A DNA stretch of 64,000 bases from Eledone cirrhosa. Taxonomy: Eukaryota. A model generated the notes under the pieces. It saw nothing but the letters and a program-made list of their open reading frames with translations, was not told the origin of the DNA and searched no databases. Positions 22,081 through 34,400 of the stretch are shown here, piece after piece (position 1 is the stretch's first letter; each line of letters starts with the position of its first letter). The stretch covers positions 297,166,001-297,230,000 of the forward strand of contig OZ024741.1 of the NCBI GenBank assembly GCA_964016885.1. The letters are read 5' to 3'. Position numbers and translations under genes: made by a program.

Positions 22081-22812
22081 TTTCTACGTTAGAATAATAG
22101 TTCTACTATCAGTGCCATCATCAATAAAGTTAATTAGGAAGGAACCAGTGGCTGAAATATTCAGGTGAATGAATAATGTATTGTTTCTCTAAAAATAGAT
22201 GCTTTGACAAGATGTCCAGCGGACATACAGGAACTATCTACAACCATCTACCTATATATCTATTTTGGAGAAGCAATAAATACAACATATCTACCTAACT
22301 ACCTTTTTATCTGTCTGTCTGTCAATCTATAGTTAACTATTTATGTATATTTACCAATGTATCTATCTTCAGACAAGAACAATAAACCCAAATCACAATA
22401 ACAAGCTGAGAATAGATAGATATATAGTTAAGTAAAACAAAGTCATTGTAATTTAGTGGATTTATGTTGGATAATGGTTAAAAAAATTATTGTAATTGAT
22501 TTAAATGAATGTAAAATGAAATATGGTGATAGCTGGAGTGTCAAGAGGGGGGAGGTGAAGGATATTCAGGATTCAAGTATCTTTACATAGAATATTGTAA
22601 TCAAAAAAATATTAAATTAAATATTTTTTGTAAACCTCACCATTTTTGACAGGAACTATGCCAATGTGTGTGTGTGTGTGTGTGTGTGTGTGAGAATGAG
22701 CAGGCATGGCTGTTTGGCTAAAGAGTTCACTTCACAACCATGTGTTTCTAGGTTCAGTCCCTCTGCACAGCACCATGAGCAAATGTCTTTTACTACAGAA
22801 GTCTGTCATGTT

Positions 22813-22845
<33 letters not shown>

Positions 22846-25448
22846 CTTTCTGTTTGGATGTCTCGTAACTAAGTGTTTCAACAATAGATTGATAAAATAA
22901 GTACCGGACTTGAAAAAAATGAGTACTGTGGCCAATATGATTGACTAAAATCAAGAGTGACCAGCATAGCCCCAGTCTAATAACTGGAATAAGTAAAAGA
23001 ATAAAACAATAAAGAATATATAATTGAAATGTATATTTCCCTAACAAAAATGTCTATAATTTAGAAAATAGGGTAAAGTAATCCTGGAGACGTCTTCAGG
23101 TGTACTTTACTCGATTTTGCCAACTTTTATATAGATTTGTGTTGGGGGACACACATTTATATAAAATTATAGCTGCTTAAGTGCCCTTGAGTTTTCTCTC
23201 TCCTGTTTACACAAACTTTATGCTTTTGAGATGTTGAGACATTCCTTATTCGTTTTCCCACAAGCATGAAACTAATAAGATCTTGTATGATTGTTTTGTG
23301 TTTATCTTCTATTTTTAATTTTGAACTATATATATATTTATAAAGAAAGGTAGAAGGTAGAGACTATGTATGATTCAAAATAAAATAAGAAAATTGCTAA
23401 TAAGAAATAAAATAATAATAACTGACTAAATAGGCATGGAACAGTTGAGTTAATGGCCCAGTTGTATTAGATTTCTTCATATTAATAAAAGGACGAAAAA
23501 AAAAAGACATCCAAAATATATAACATACAAAAGATTAACTCTTGATATCAAACCATCTGAAACCACCATTGGTTCTATGATACAAAACTGTTTATATTTG
23601 AGATGCTTATTTTATGCAATAACCTTTCAGTAATTTGTGCTCCATACACCAACTTAATAAGAAAGTTAGCTATATTACTAAATCCCTCCCAAATTCTTGA
23701 TTATATTCTAACAGATTTGAAAATCACAGGCAGTGTTTTTTAATTAAAATATAGTAACAAAAGGGTTACAAAGATAAATCTCTCCCAAAATAAAATAATA
23801 TTTATTATTATTATATTTTTTTAATTCAACATTGAAATTTTTGTGTCTTTTTTATTTCAATATATTCTAAAATTGATTTAAATAATTATGTAAAAACCAT
23901 ACATAATCCAGCTGTAATTAACTATTTTGATATGGAACTGTTTGAAAGAGACCCTGAAACAAAGCTATTTCAAGTTATCTAAAAAAAACTTCTATCAATA
24001 TTTTATAAAAACCTTTAAGGTCCAAACACTAACTTAATATTGAGAAGATTAGTTATATTACTAAATTATTTCAAATTCTTGATTACTTCCAAAATTATCT
24101 GAAAATCAAAGGCAGTGTTTTCCATTAGAAATATGGTAATGGAAGGGTTAAATTATTTATATTTATCTAAAATCTTTCCACCATTATTCTATATTTTTAA
24201 TAAATGTTCTAAACACCAAGAAAGTTATATTACTAAATCCTTTGAAATTCTTGATTATTTTCAAAATTATTTGAAAATCATAGGAGGTATCTCTCATTAG
24301 AAATATGATAATGAAAGGATTAATGGCTTAATTAGAAGAATGGCAGTACCTATGACCTTTGTAAGTCCTTCAAAACTGGTGAGATATAAAGAAACCATGA
24401 TTCATGTGCCAGGAAACAGTGCATCAATATACTGAGTGTTTTTGTATATTAGATAGAAACCTTTTTCTATCTTGTCACAATTTTTTCTGTTGACCGGACA
24501 TAGGATTTGAACTCAGAGAGTCAAAACACATAACCAGTGTATTAATGTGACGGAGAAGTTATATATATATATATATATGCACATGAGTGTGCAGCAGAGA
24601 TCATTTGAAAGGAGAAAACATTGTTGATTGGATTGAAAGAAGAGTGTTTTCTTGAGTATCAGGTAAATTTTAAAATAAAAATCAGGAGAGAGACCACACC
24701 TGGTAGACTCTCAAAGCTTGTCAAAAAGAAAGTTAACAGGATTTTCAGACACAAATACAACCAGAGATGAAGGGTATTAATGCACTGTATTAAATTATTC
24801 TTAACCCTTTTGATACTAAACTGCCTGATATCACCCCTGGATTGATAATATAAAGTTTTTCATTTTAAAATGTTAATATTTATCCAAACACTTTCTTTCG
24901 TAATTTTACATAAGAACCTATTGTTAAATTATACTTCAAACTAACTTAATGAGAAAGTTAGTTACATCACTAAATTCCTCCAAATTTCTTGAAAATTTTC
25001 AAAATTATTTGAAAATCACTGAAAAGTCTTAGATATATGGTAACTAAGCAGAATGGAAGAAGCGGAAGGGTTTAAAATATAATTTTTTATCTCTTTCTTG
25101 ATCCCCAGTACCTAAGAAATAATTGATTTACATTTTACCTACAAAATGTAAAAATAAACATAATAATAATAAAAGTATAATAAATCTGAGGGTACATCAG
25201 ATTTCTAATTTTGGTTTAAGTGAAGTTAAGTGACAGTGGAAAAGAATGTAAATTGAAAAGCAGGAATAGAAATAGCTATTTAGTTAGAAGAGAGGCAAGG
25301 AGGAAAGTTATGTTGAAAGGGTAGTGAAGAATATAGTTTTGTTTTTGTTTTTTATAACTAGTGCCAACAACCATCATAGCTGCTGTTTTTTTTTTAAGAC
25401 AACAATTTATAACATCATTTGCTGGTAATAAGTGCTGAGAATAATAAT

Positions 25449-26112
25449 TGTTTCTAATTTAGGCAAAAGGCCTATAATTTGTTGGGACAGAAAAGTTGAT
25501 TAATCCAACCCCAGTATTTCACTGGTACTTTATTTTATCAATCCTGTAAGGATGAAAGGTAAAGTTGACCTCAGCGGGAATTGAACACAGAATGTAAAAC
25601 TGGAACAAATGCCGCAAATAATTTCATCTGGCGCTCTACCAATCCTGCCAATCCACTGGCCTCAATAAGTGCTGATAATAATAATAATAACAATAATTGT
25701 TTCTACTTTTGGCACAAGGCCAGCAATTACCCAGTATAATACTGGTACTTTATTTTATCAACCCCGTAAGGATGAAAGGCAAAGTTAACCTCGGTGGGAT
25801 TTGAACTCAGAATGGCAAGGGCCGTAACTATGCGTCAAAGCATGGTGTCCGACCCTCTACCGATACTGCCAATCCAAATAATAATAATAATAATGCTTTC
25901 TAATTTAGGCACAAGGCCAGCAATTTTTTAAGAGAAGGGAGTGGGGGAAGTCAAAGATTAAATCAACCCAAGTAGTTGACTGGTACTTTTACCGACCTCA
26001 GAAGGATGTGAGACAAAGTTGACCATGGCAGGATTTGAACTCAGAACGTGATAAGCCAGAACAAATACCACAAATCATTTGTTTAGCATGCTAACAGTTC
26101 TGCCAATCTACC
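25449..26112 (-). mobile_element. three head-to-tail family 1 SINEs in the probable HDGFL2 3' UTR
   Basis: Three consecutive copies (about 25449-25660, 25697-25876, 25895-26112) separated by (AAT)n tails. Confidence 0.75.
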
Positions 26113-26309
26113 ATCCTAATGATAATAATGATAATAATAATAATAATAAAGAAATAGTAGCTCTTGTGTGAATAAAAAAAAAAAAAAAATTAAACTGCAC
26201 ACTCTTAGTTTTTCTTTCTCTTTGCTCCCCCCCCCTCCCCTCCTTAAATATATTTGCCTTCTGAAAACAACCAACATTTCTTTTCAGTAAGTTTTGATCT
26301 AAGAGTGTT

Positions 26310-26492
26310 TATACTCTTGCTGCTACTATTGTTGCTGCTGCTGCTGCTAATAATTATAATAATGGTGATGGTGATGGTGGTGATGGTGATAATGATGATA
26401 ATGATACTGATGATAGTGATAATGATGATGATGGTGGTGGTGGTGGTGGTAGTAGTAGTAATAGTAGTGGTAGTGGTGGTGGTGATGGTGCC
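26310..26492. repeat. compound trinucleotide microsatellite (GCT/AAT/GAT/GGT/AGT) just 3' of the HDGFL2 stop codon
   Basis: Direct inspection; source of spurious poly-His and poly-Val ORFs. Confidence 0.85.
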
Positions 26493-26528
26493 AGTTAAAT
26501 ATTAATCTTCGATGTTGTACAAGTATCA

Positions 26529-26756
26529 TTAAACACCGAGGAGGCTATGTAATTCTTCATCATCCATAACTGGCTCATCCTCATCCTCCTCCTCTTCAGT
26601 GGCTGCAGCTGCGCTAAACGGTGTGGCATCTGTATGCTGTTTATTCTTCGTAGCATTCTGTTCAAACTGGTTGGTTGTGTGCTGGGGTTCCTCATAACCA
26701 TAAGACTCCGTCCCTTTAATTATTTGCGCTATGCGAGCTTCCAGATCTCTATGTTC
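26529..26756 (-). CDS. HDGFL2: HDGFL2/PSIP1-like terminal coding exon ([15 protein letters not shown]...[11 protein letters not shown])
   Basis: ttttcccccacag| acceptor; TAA at 26529-26531. Confidence 0.85.
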   Translation of the reverse strand, partial: EHRDLEARIAQIIKGTESYGYEEPQHTTNQFEQNATKNKQHTDATPFSAAAATEEEEDEDEPVMDDEELHSLLGV

Positions 26757-29700
26757 CTGTGGGGGAAAAGAAATTGGAATCAATGAAATGGAGAAAAATA
26801 TTTAAAAACGTTGTTGTTTATCTACCATATTCCTGTGTGTCGTAAGAGTCAACTAAAAGGGTTGGTGCCAAGAAGAGCATCCCACTCGAAAAACAAAATC
26901 AAAAAGGACACCATGAAGGGTATGAAGCTTGTCATAGGTCCTGTAAAGCTACTAATACCTGCTTTAGGTGGGTAAATGGTTTTAAAATGCTTGTTGTTAC
27001 TTGGTATATATTATAATAGAGTAATGTTATTTAAACTCCAATCAATATAGCAATCAAAGAAGCTCACATCACAAACATATTGAGGTTATGTTGGTCGATT
27101 GTTATCTCAACAAAAACCTATGCTGCTGACATGAAAAATGACAGAACTGAAAAAAGGCTAGATACTTTCCTATAAAGATGCTTCTAAAAGATCCTGGGCA
27201 TTAGATGGCAAGACAAGATCACAAACGAAGATGTGCTTCGAAAACCTAATGGCACATACCTGAGTCTTATTATCAAAAGCAGAAGAATACAGCTGGTAGG
27301 GCATGTCCTGGTTGCCAGCTGATGAGAAAACACCAAAAAAGACCTGGAGAACCACCCTAAAAGATGACTTGCACAGGTGTGGCACAAACTAGTTTCAAGT
27401 ACAAACCCTTGCCAGAGGCAGAGATAGATTTACGAGCATAGTGGCTTGTTGCCATGAGGCTGGGGGAACCAGATTCTTACTTACAACCTTTTCTGTGTGC
27501 ATCCTGTTTAGAATAGGTAAATTATCCTCGTGTGTTTTAAAGCGGCAATGAAAAAGGTTGGCACTCTGGTTGTAATCATTGCCTCGAAAAAGACTACATC
27601 ATGAGTATGAAGCTTATCATGGGGCCAGTGAGGCTTTAGCAAGGAGAATGGCTTGAAAACAATTATTGTAAATATGCTAAAATGATGCAAAATTGTAAAA
27701 ACCCTTGTTGTAATCACCAGCTTAATAATGGTTTCTGATTTAGGCACAAAGCCAAAGATTTGGGTGGAGAGGAAATTCAATTAAATTAACCCCAGAGCGT
27801 TATTGGTACTTTATTTTATAGACACTGTAAGGATGAAAAACAAAGCTAACTTTAGCAGGAGGAATTTGAACTCAGAACATAAAGAGCTGTAATTCTATAC
27901 TGCAAGGTATGTTGTTCAATGCTCTGCCGATACTGCCATCCATTGCCCTTAGTAATCAGCTTAATAACAAGAAAGTTACTTATAAAAATGATAATAATGA
28001 ATGTGTAATCCTTTACTGTCCAGATTTCCATGTTGCTGGCATGGGTTACACATCTGGTCTTGATGGTGTTACGTACCTGCTTCTTAAACGTGGTGGGTAC
28101 TTCCTTCTGCACCAGTTATCACGCTTCTTCCAATTCTGTCTGAACAACAGTGCTACTCCAGAATAGTGGAAAACTGCCAGTGTCATTCCTCTGTTCAAAA
28201 AGGGTGACCGCACATCACCTGTGAACTATCGTCCAGTCAGTCTTACTAGTTGCATTGCCACACTGATGGAATCCTGTGTCAGAGAAACACTTTGGAACTT
28301 CTGGAGCTCTCACAGTTTTTTCAGGCCCTCGCAATTTGGATTTATCCCCAACTCCAGCTGCTGTGATCAACTTATAGAGTTTCTTGAGGACATCACCCGG
28401 ATCACTGATGGCGGCTCATGGGTGGATGTTGTTTACCTTGACTTTGCGAAAGCCTTCAATTCTGTGCCACACAAAAGGCTTATGGCAAAACTCTCTGCAA
28501 TGGGTGTAAAGGATGATCTTTTTAACTGGTTGAAGTCCTTCATTCTCAGTCGAAGAGAGGTAGTCACGGTTCTGGGACAGCATTTCTCACCATATGAGAT
28601 GTCATCTGGTGTACCACAGGGATCTGTTCTTGGCATATATTAATGACATAGATGCCAACTTAAAGAATGCCACAGTACTAAAGTACGTAGACGACATCAA
28701 GCTGTACCTTGAGATAAAAAGGACAGATCCTGAACACTATAGATCTTGCTTGCAGTCTGACCTGGACACAATGCAACAATGGATCTCAGACTGGCAACTC
28801 AAGCTAGCTGTGGACAAGTGCACCACCATGCATTTTGGGAGTAAAAACCCAGCGTCCACATACTCCCTCCACAGCACTAATATCAAGAAGTCTTCTTGTG
28901 AACATGACCTGGGCATTACGGTCAGCAGAGATTTGCGTTGGACGAGGCCCGTCTCTAAAATTGTCAAGAGGGCCGAGGGTGTCTTAGCATCACTCAGCAA
29001 GACCTTTGTCAGCCGCTCTCCAGATATCTATTTAAGGCTGTACATGGCTATGGTGCGACCACACTTAGAATTTGCATCACCAGTCTGGAACCCCTATCTT
29101 GCTCAGAACATTGACCGTCTAGAAACTGTTCAGAGACGTGCAACCAAGCGAATACCCTCCATCAGGCATCTATCATACTCTGAGCGCCTTGCTTCCCTGG
29201 GCATGGATACATTGAAGCTCCGATGCCTGGCAACTGACTTGGTAAACACCCACAAAATTGTTAACCATGTTGCCAACAACAACCCTGAGTACCTTTTTGA
29301 TTTCCATGTGCCTAACACACGTGGACATGCCCACAAAGTCAGAAAACAGCACAGTTCTCATGACTTTCGGAAACATTTTTTCACGCTCAGAGTTGCTGAA
29401 GCATGGAACAAACTACCTGCATCAGTTGTTAGCTGTCAAGACTGCATCCTTTAAGACCTCCATGCTTCCCGAGATCCGCCAACACTACAGCTAATGTTCC
29501 CTCTCCATACACATACCCACATGTATACCATGACTCATACACTATTCACTGACATTTGTGTATTATTCTATGTACTATACATACACCTTTGACGAGTTGT
29601 AGTGCACCTGAGCACTTTACACAATAATTTCATTATTATTGTTATTATACAAACACATACACAAAATAAGAAAAAAGGTAAATTAAACAAACAACAAAAC

Positions 29701-31410
29701 AAAACAAAAGACTGTCAAAAACAATAATATTTGAAACCTACCTCCAGCATTTCTTCTTCTTCATCTCTAAAGTCTGCAACTGGAACAAATTTCTGTGGTG
29801 GTTGTTGTTGATCTTCCTTTCTAGATGTACTCCTTGCTTGAGCAGGATGTGGTGCGGTTTGGCTGCTTTCTGCAGGGAAATGAGACTGTATAGGTGGTAA
29901 CAGATCCAGTAGAGTGTTAGACTGTATTGGAACTGAAGTTGTTGTTGGGGTAGCAGAGGGTGATGAATGACGATGAGGCTGAGAAGAGAGTAGAGCTGGA
30001 CTGTTGTGGGGTGGTTGCTGCTGCTGTGATAACCCCCCACCAACACTTGATGGCGGCAGTGGTGCAGAGCTCTGAATAAGACCCATAGTTAGCTGCGACT
30101 GGTTAGCAACTACGGCTGTTGGAGCAGCAGTTGAGTGGAGAGGTGGTAACTGGTTTTGAACCAGCGACTGGAAAGAGGGCACATTTGAGGGTTGCTGAGC
30201 GTGTGCAAGCTGAGACGGGACACCAGGTACACTTTGTAACGGCACCTGTCGCCGTGGTGACAGTGTAGGAATCTGCGAGTGAGATTGTGTCAATTGTTGT
30301 AATGGCAGCTGTTGCTGTCCCATTGAAGGCAAGCCCTGCTGTGCTTGAGACACACGAGGAGGAGGAGGTTGAGGTAAGAAATCTGACTGCTTGCTATGAG
30401 AAGTATGAAGAGACGAAGGAAATGAAGGCGAGGACGACTGCACAGTATGTAGCACTTTAGAAGGATCCTGAGGAAGGCTAGCTTGATCTGATTGCAGATT
30501 AGACTGCACTGAATGTGCAGTCGATGATGGCAGATGCACTGTTGACAATGATGCAACACCAGGAATGCTTTCATGCTTATCATCTGTTCTTAAATTTGGA
30601 TTCAGCACAGGTGACACTTTGTCATTAGACTTCTTAATTAGTCCTTCTGTTAGCGATATCTCACCTGTACTGTCTTTCATTCCACTGCTACTCTTTGAAG
30701 ATGCAACTTCACTGGCTGAGTCACTTATTGGAATACTGTTCCGTTGTTCTGTGGATTTCTTATCTTCGGAATTTGGTGTCAACCGTTCCACGGTAGCAAC
30801 AGTAGCTGACCGATGCGGAACACCATGTGATGTGTCAGTGTTGCCTTTCTCCTGTGTCATACCACCAGTTGATATGTCTCCACTGAGAGGAGCGACGGTA
30901 TTCATAGTAAGTGGAGACCAGATCTGGGCATCTGTCTTGACATCAGTTCCTTCTACAGATGCGAGCTTGGCATCATCTATGTTGGAAGGAGCTGACTTGG
31001 AGGAATTATCTCGCGATGGATCTTCATTATTTGCTCCAGTTGCTGTCGAACTGTCCAAACTCCCATCGACTTTGTCCAAAGAATTAACATTCTCTTTGTT
31101 TTCTTGTTCCGGTTTTCCTTCAGCTATGGAAATAATAATAATAATTAATAATAATAGTTTCTGATTTTGGCACAAGGCCAACAATTTTGAGGGGAATGGG
31201 GAAGTCGATTAAATTGACACCAGAGCATTACTGGTACTTTATTTTATCAACCCCGTAAGGGTGAAAAGCAAAACTAACTTTGGCGGGATTTGAACTCAGA
31301 TCGTAAAGAGCCGTAACTATATGCTGCAAAGCATGTTGTCCGACGCTCTACTGATTCTGTCAATCAACCGCCCTTACTACAATAGTTAATAATAATAATT
31401 AATAATGATG

Positions 31411-31441
<31 letters not shown>

Positions 31442-34400
31442 AAAGGAAATATGAGAATTCAGAATGAACAAATTAAAACAATCTATTTAACTCTTTTGTT
31501 ACCATATTTCTAATGAAGATACTGCCTATGAATTTTAGATAATTTTGAAAATAATCAAGAATTTAAAGGGATTTAGTTATGTAAATAACTTCCTTTTTAC
31601 ATAAAGGTTCTTACAAAAAATTATGTGGAAGGTTTTAATACTTTAAAACAAATAATTTGCTATCATAGAAGCAGGAGTGGTTTCAGGTGCTTTGGTATCA
31701 AAAGGGTTAATATATGAATAAATAAATCTAGGTGGTATTGGACCCTTCAGTGTCTTGCAACTGCAGACATTTTGGTAACAAAAGGATTAATCAAATCATT
31801 GCTACTATGATTACTATAACATTTTATACTTTCTTCAGAACAATAGTTAAAACCAGCACCAAACGTTTGAGCCTTGTTGGTCCCATAATAAGCTCCTGTT
31901 TTTGCCCTATTCTCTGCACCTCCCCAACTGCATGGCTTCCATATCCCCTTCAATCATGTCTTTCTTGATCTTTTCTTCCTTCCATATCCATTTTCATCAC
32001 TTAGCTCACCCAGTCATTTTCATCCTCCTTCCTCAACACATGACACAGCCATTTCAGATTTCTTCACAATATTCATCACTGGCTCTATTTCTATCACTTC
32101 CCTCACAGAGCCACTCTCATCATTCCTTAACCCTTTAGCATTTACATTACTCTATATTTACTATTGTATTTTCGCAGTAAGGGCTTCACCTCACATAATA
32201 TCAAATCTATGAGATTTTGATATTTATTTTGAGAATAGTACCTTAACGTTGGTATGAGTGGCCAGTTATGGCTGGTTTGAACAGAAAGAGGTGAGAGAAT
32301 TCTGGCCAGATAGAGCCAGTTTAAATGCTAAAAGGTTAACAAACAACTCAGCCAGCTAATTTTATTTCATAACATATATCACTGCCTCTATTCCTCTCAC
32401 CCAGTCACTTTCATCCTTCAACACATGACCAAACCATCTTATTCCATTTCTCATCACTCGCTCTATTTCCATCACTCTGCAGAAATTCGTTGTTTTCTTC
32501 TCTCTCTGTGATATTACAGTCATCCACTGAACCATTCTCATTTTTAACAAGTTTTTTTAAAATTCCGATAATATTTACCTGGTTTTATTTCATTTTCTTT
32601 GTTTTCTTTGTCTTTTCGATCACGTTCCTCTTTTTCTAACTGTTTTTTAAATTCAGCAGTTTCGCGATTAAATACCTGGAGTACAAATTCACATCATTTG
32701 TTATGGGAATATAGATAAAAGGAACTGGTTTTTCAAAGATATTGATGAATGCTACTGATGAAATTATAGATATAGGTGGGGTAAGTTTGTATGGTTAAGA
32801 AGTTTGCTAAGATTTGGGGTTCAGTGTCATTGTACGCCACAGGTTGATCATTGTCATGTGAGAGAAATTTAGTAGATGGAAACTGTGTTTACATTTACTG
32901 TTTGTTTAAAATCACAGTTCAGAAAATTTGGAAATATGGTAGCAAAAGGGTTAATCACATGCATGCACACACACACACACACACACAAAGAAAAATATAT
33001 CCAATACAAAATATATTCCTGTACCTAACTCAATAAAAATAAAATTACCTGTGAGAAAGATTCTCCTTCAGCAACCATAAAAAGATTTTTGAATTTGTGG
33101 TAAATAACTTCGGCTTTTTTCTTTATTTTTTCACTACCTTTATATTTTCTAATCTAAAGGAAAAAAAGAAACAACAGTAAAATTGAAAGATCCAACAATA
33201 GTGAAAGCAATAGAGCATTGACGATATAAAATACACTTTACCAAACATTATATTCATCCTTGATGGAATTTGAAGTTGCAGCCACTGGATTAGAAGTTTT
33301 TGCACTACAAGGATGCTACAGGGAGCAAATTGGCAGAGACCTTAGAGTATTGGATTAAATGCATGGATACTTGATCCAGCTTTCTGCACCTGAGTTCAAG
33401 TTTAGGTCAACTTTGCATTTCATCCTTTTGGGGTCAATTAAATATCAGTTCAGGGACGGAAGATTGACGGATTTTTAAAGAGGCAGATGAGATGCTTTGC
33501 AATGTCTGATCCAGCTGTGTGTGAGTTCTGAGTTCAAATCTGGCCTCTTTCTGCCATGTTGCTATTGCCAATATTATCTGACAGATCCAACTCAACACAG
33601 AATTGTCACCCACTTTTTCCAAAATGGATGTAAAAACAGTGATGATGATCACTCCAGCTTTTGGCTAAGATAAAGAACATTAAAACCCAGCAAAATATAA
33701 TACACAATGTAAACTGGTTGGTGACAAGGGCATCCAGTCATAGAAAGCTTGCTAAACAAAGGATTGAGAAAACCCTTCAGTCATGTCAAGGAGATGACCA
33801 CTTCTGTGTGTTTGGTAGAACGTGAGACCATACGTAACTGAGATGCAGATCCCTGATTTCACTGAGAGGTCAGTACCCCTGCTTCAGTACTGACATGGTC
33901 TATGTAGACCCGCCCAGCCCTTGTTAGCAGGGAAAGTGGACGTTAAAATGACGATGATTGCACATTACCTTTTTTATTGTGTTCATAATATCAGGATTCT
34001 TTTTCAACATGATTTGTGTGACAGGCAAAGTCTCTAAGTCTTCCATGATAGCAATACATTTATCAACATCCTACAATACAAAATACATTTATCAACATCC
34101 TACAATACAAAATACATTTATCAACATCCTACAATACAAAATACGTTTATCAACAACCTGCAATACAAAATACATTTATCAACAACCTGCAATACAAAAT
34201 ATGTTTATCAACATCCTGCAATACAAAATATGTTTATCAATAATCTTGCAATATGAAATACTTTTATCAGCATTCACCAAACTCAGATTTAAAAATAAAT
34301 ATTGTATTTTATATATGTAAAAGCATATTACAAACTGGGTATCCAGTTTAAAATAGGTACAAAGTGTTCCTGAACGTCGTAAGTGGTGACTAAAATATTT

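Noticed and set aside
23071-23112. ~42-bp hairpin containing CTGAAGA on the minus strand
   Set aside because: No GAAA box or three-way junction; only a simple palindrome.
26254-26529. Poly-Leu/Val and poly-His ORFs
   Set aside because: Artefacts of the trinucleotide tract downstream of the stop codon.
30565-31164. 199-aa plus-strand ORF
   Set aside because: Antisense shadow of the real minus-strand exon.
33242-33315. Possible cassette/poison exon between two IBD exons (ctgtag|...|gtaaag)
   Set aside because: The flanking IBD exons already join in frame; there is no homology and the region abuts a SINE head. It cannot be supported without RNA data.
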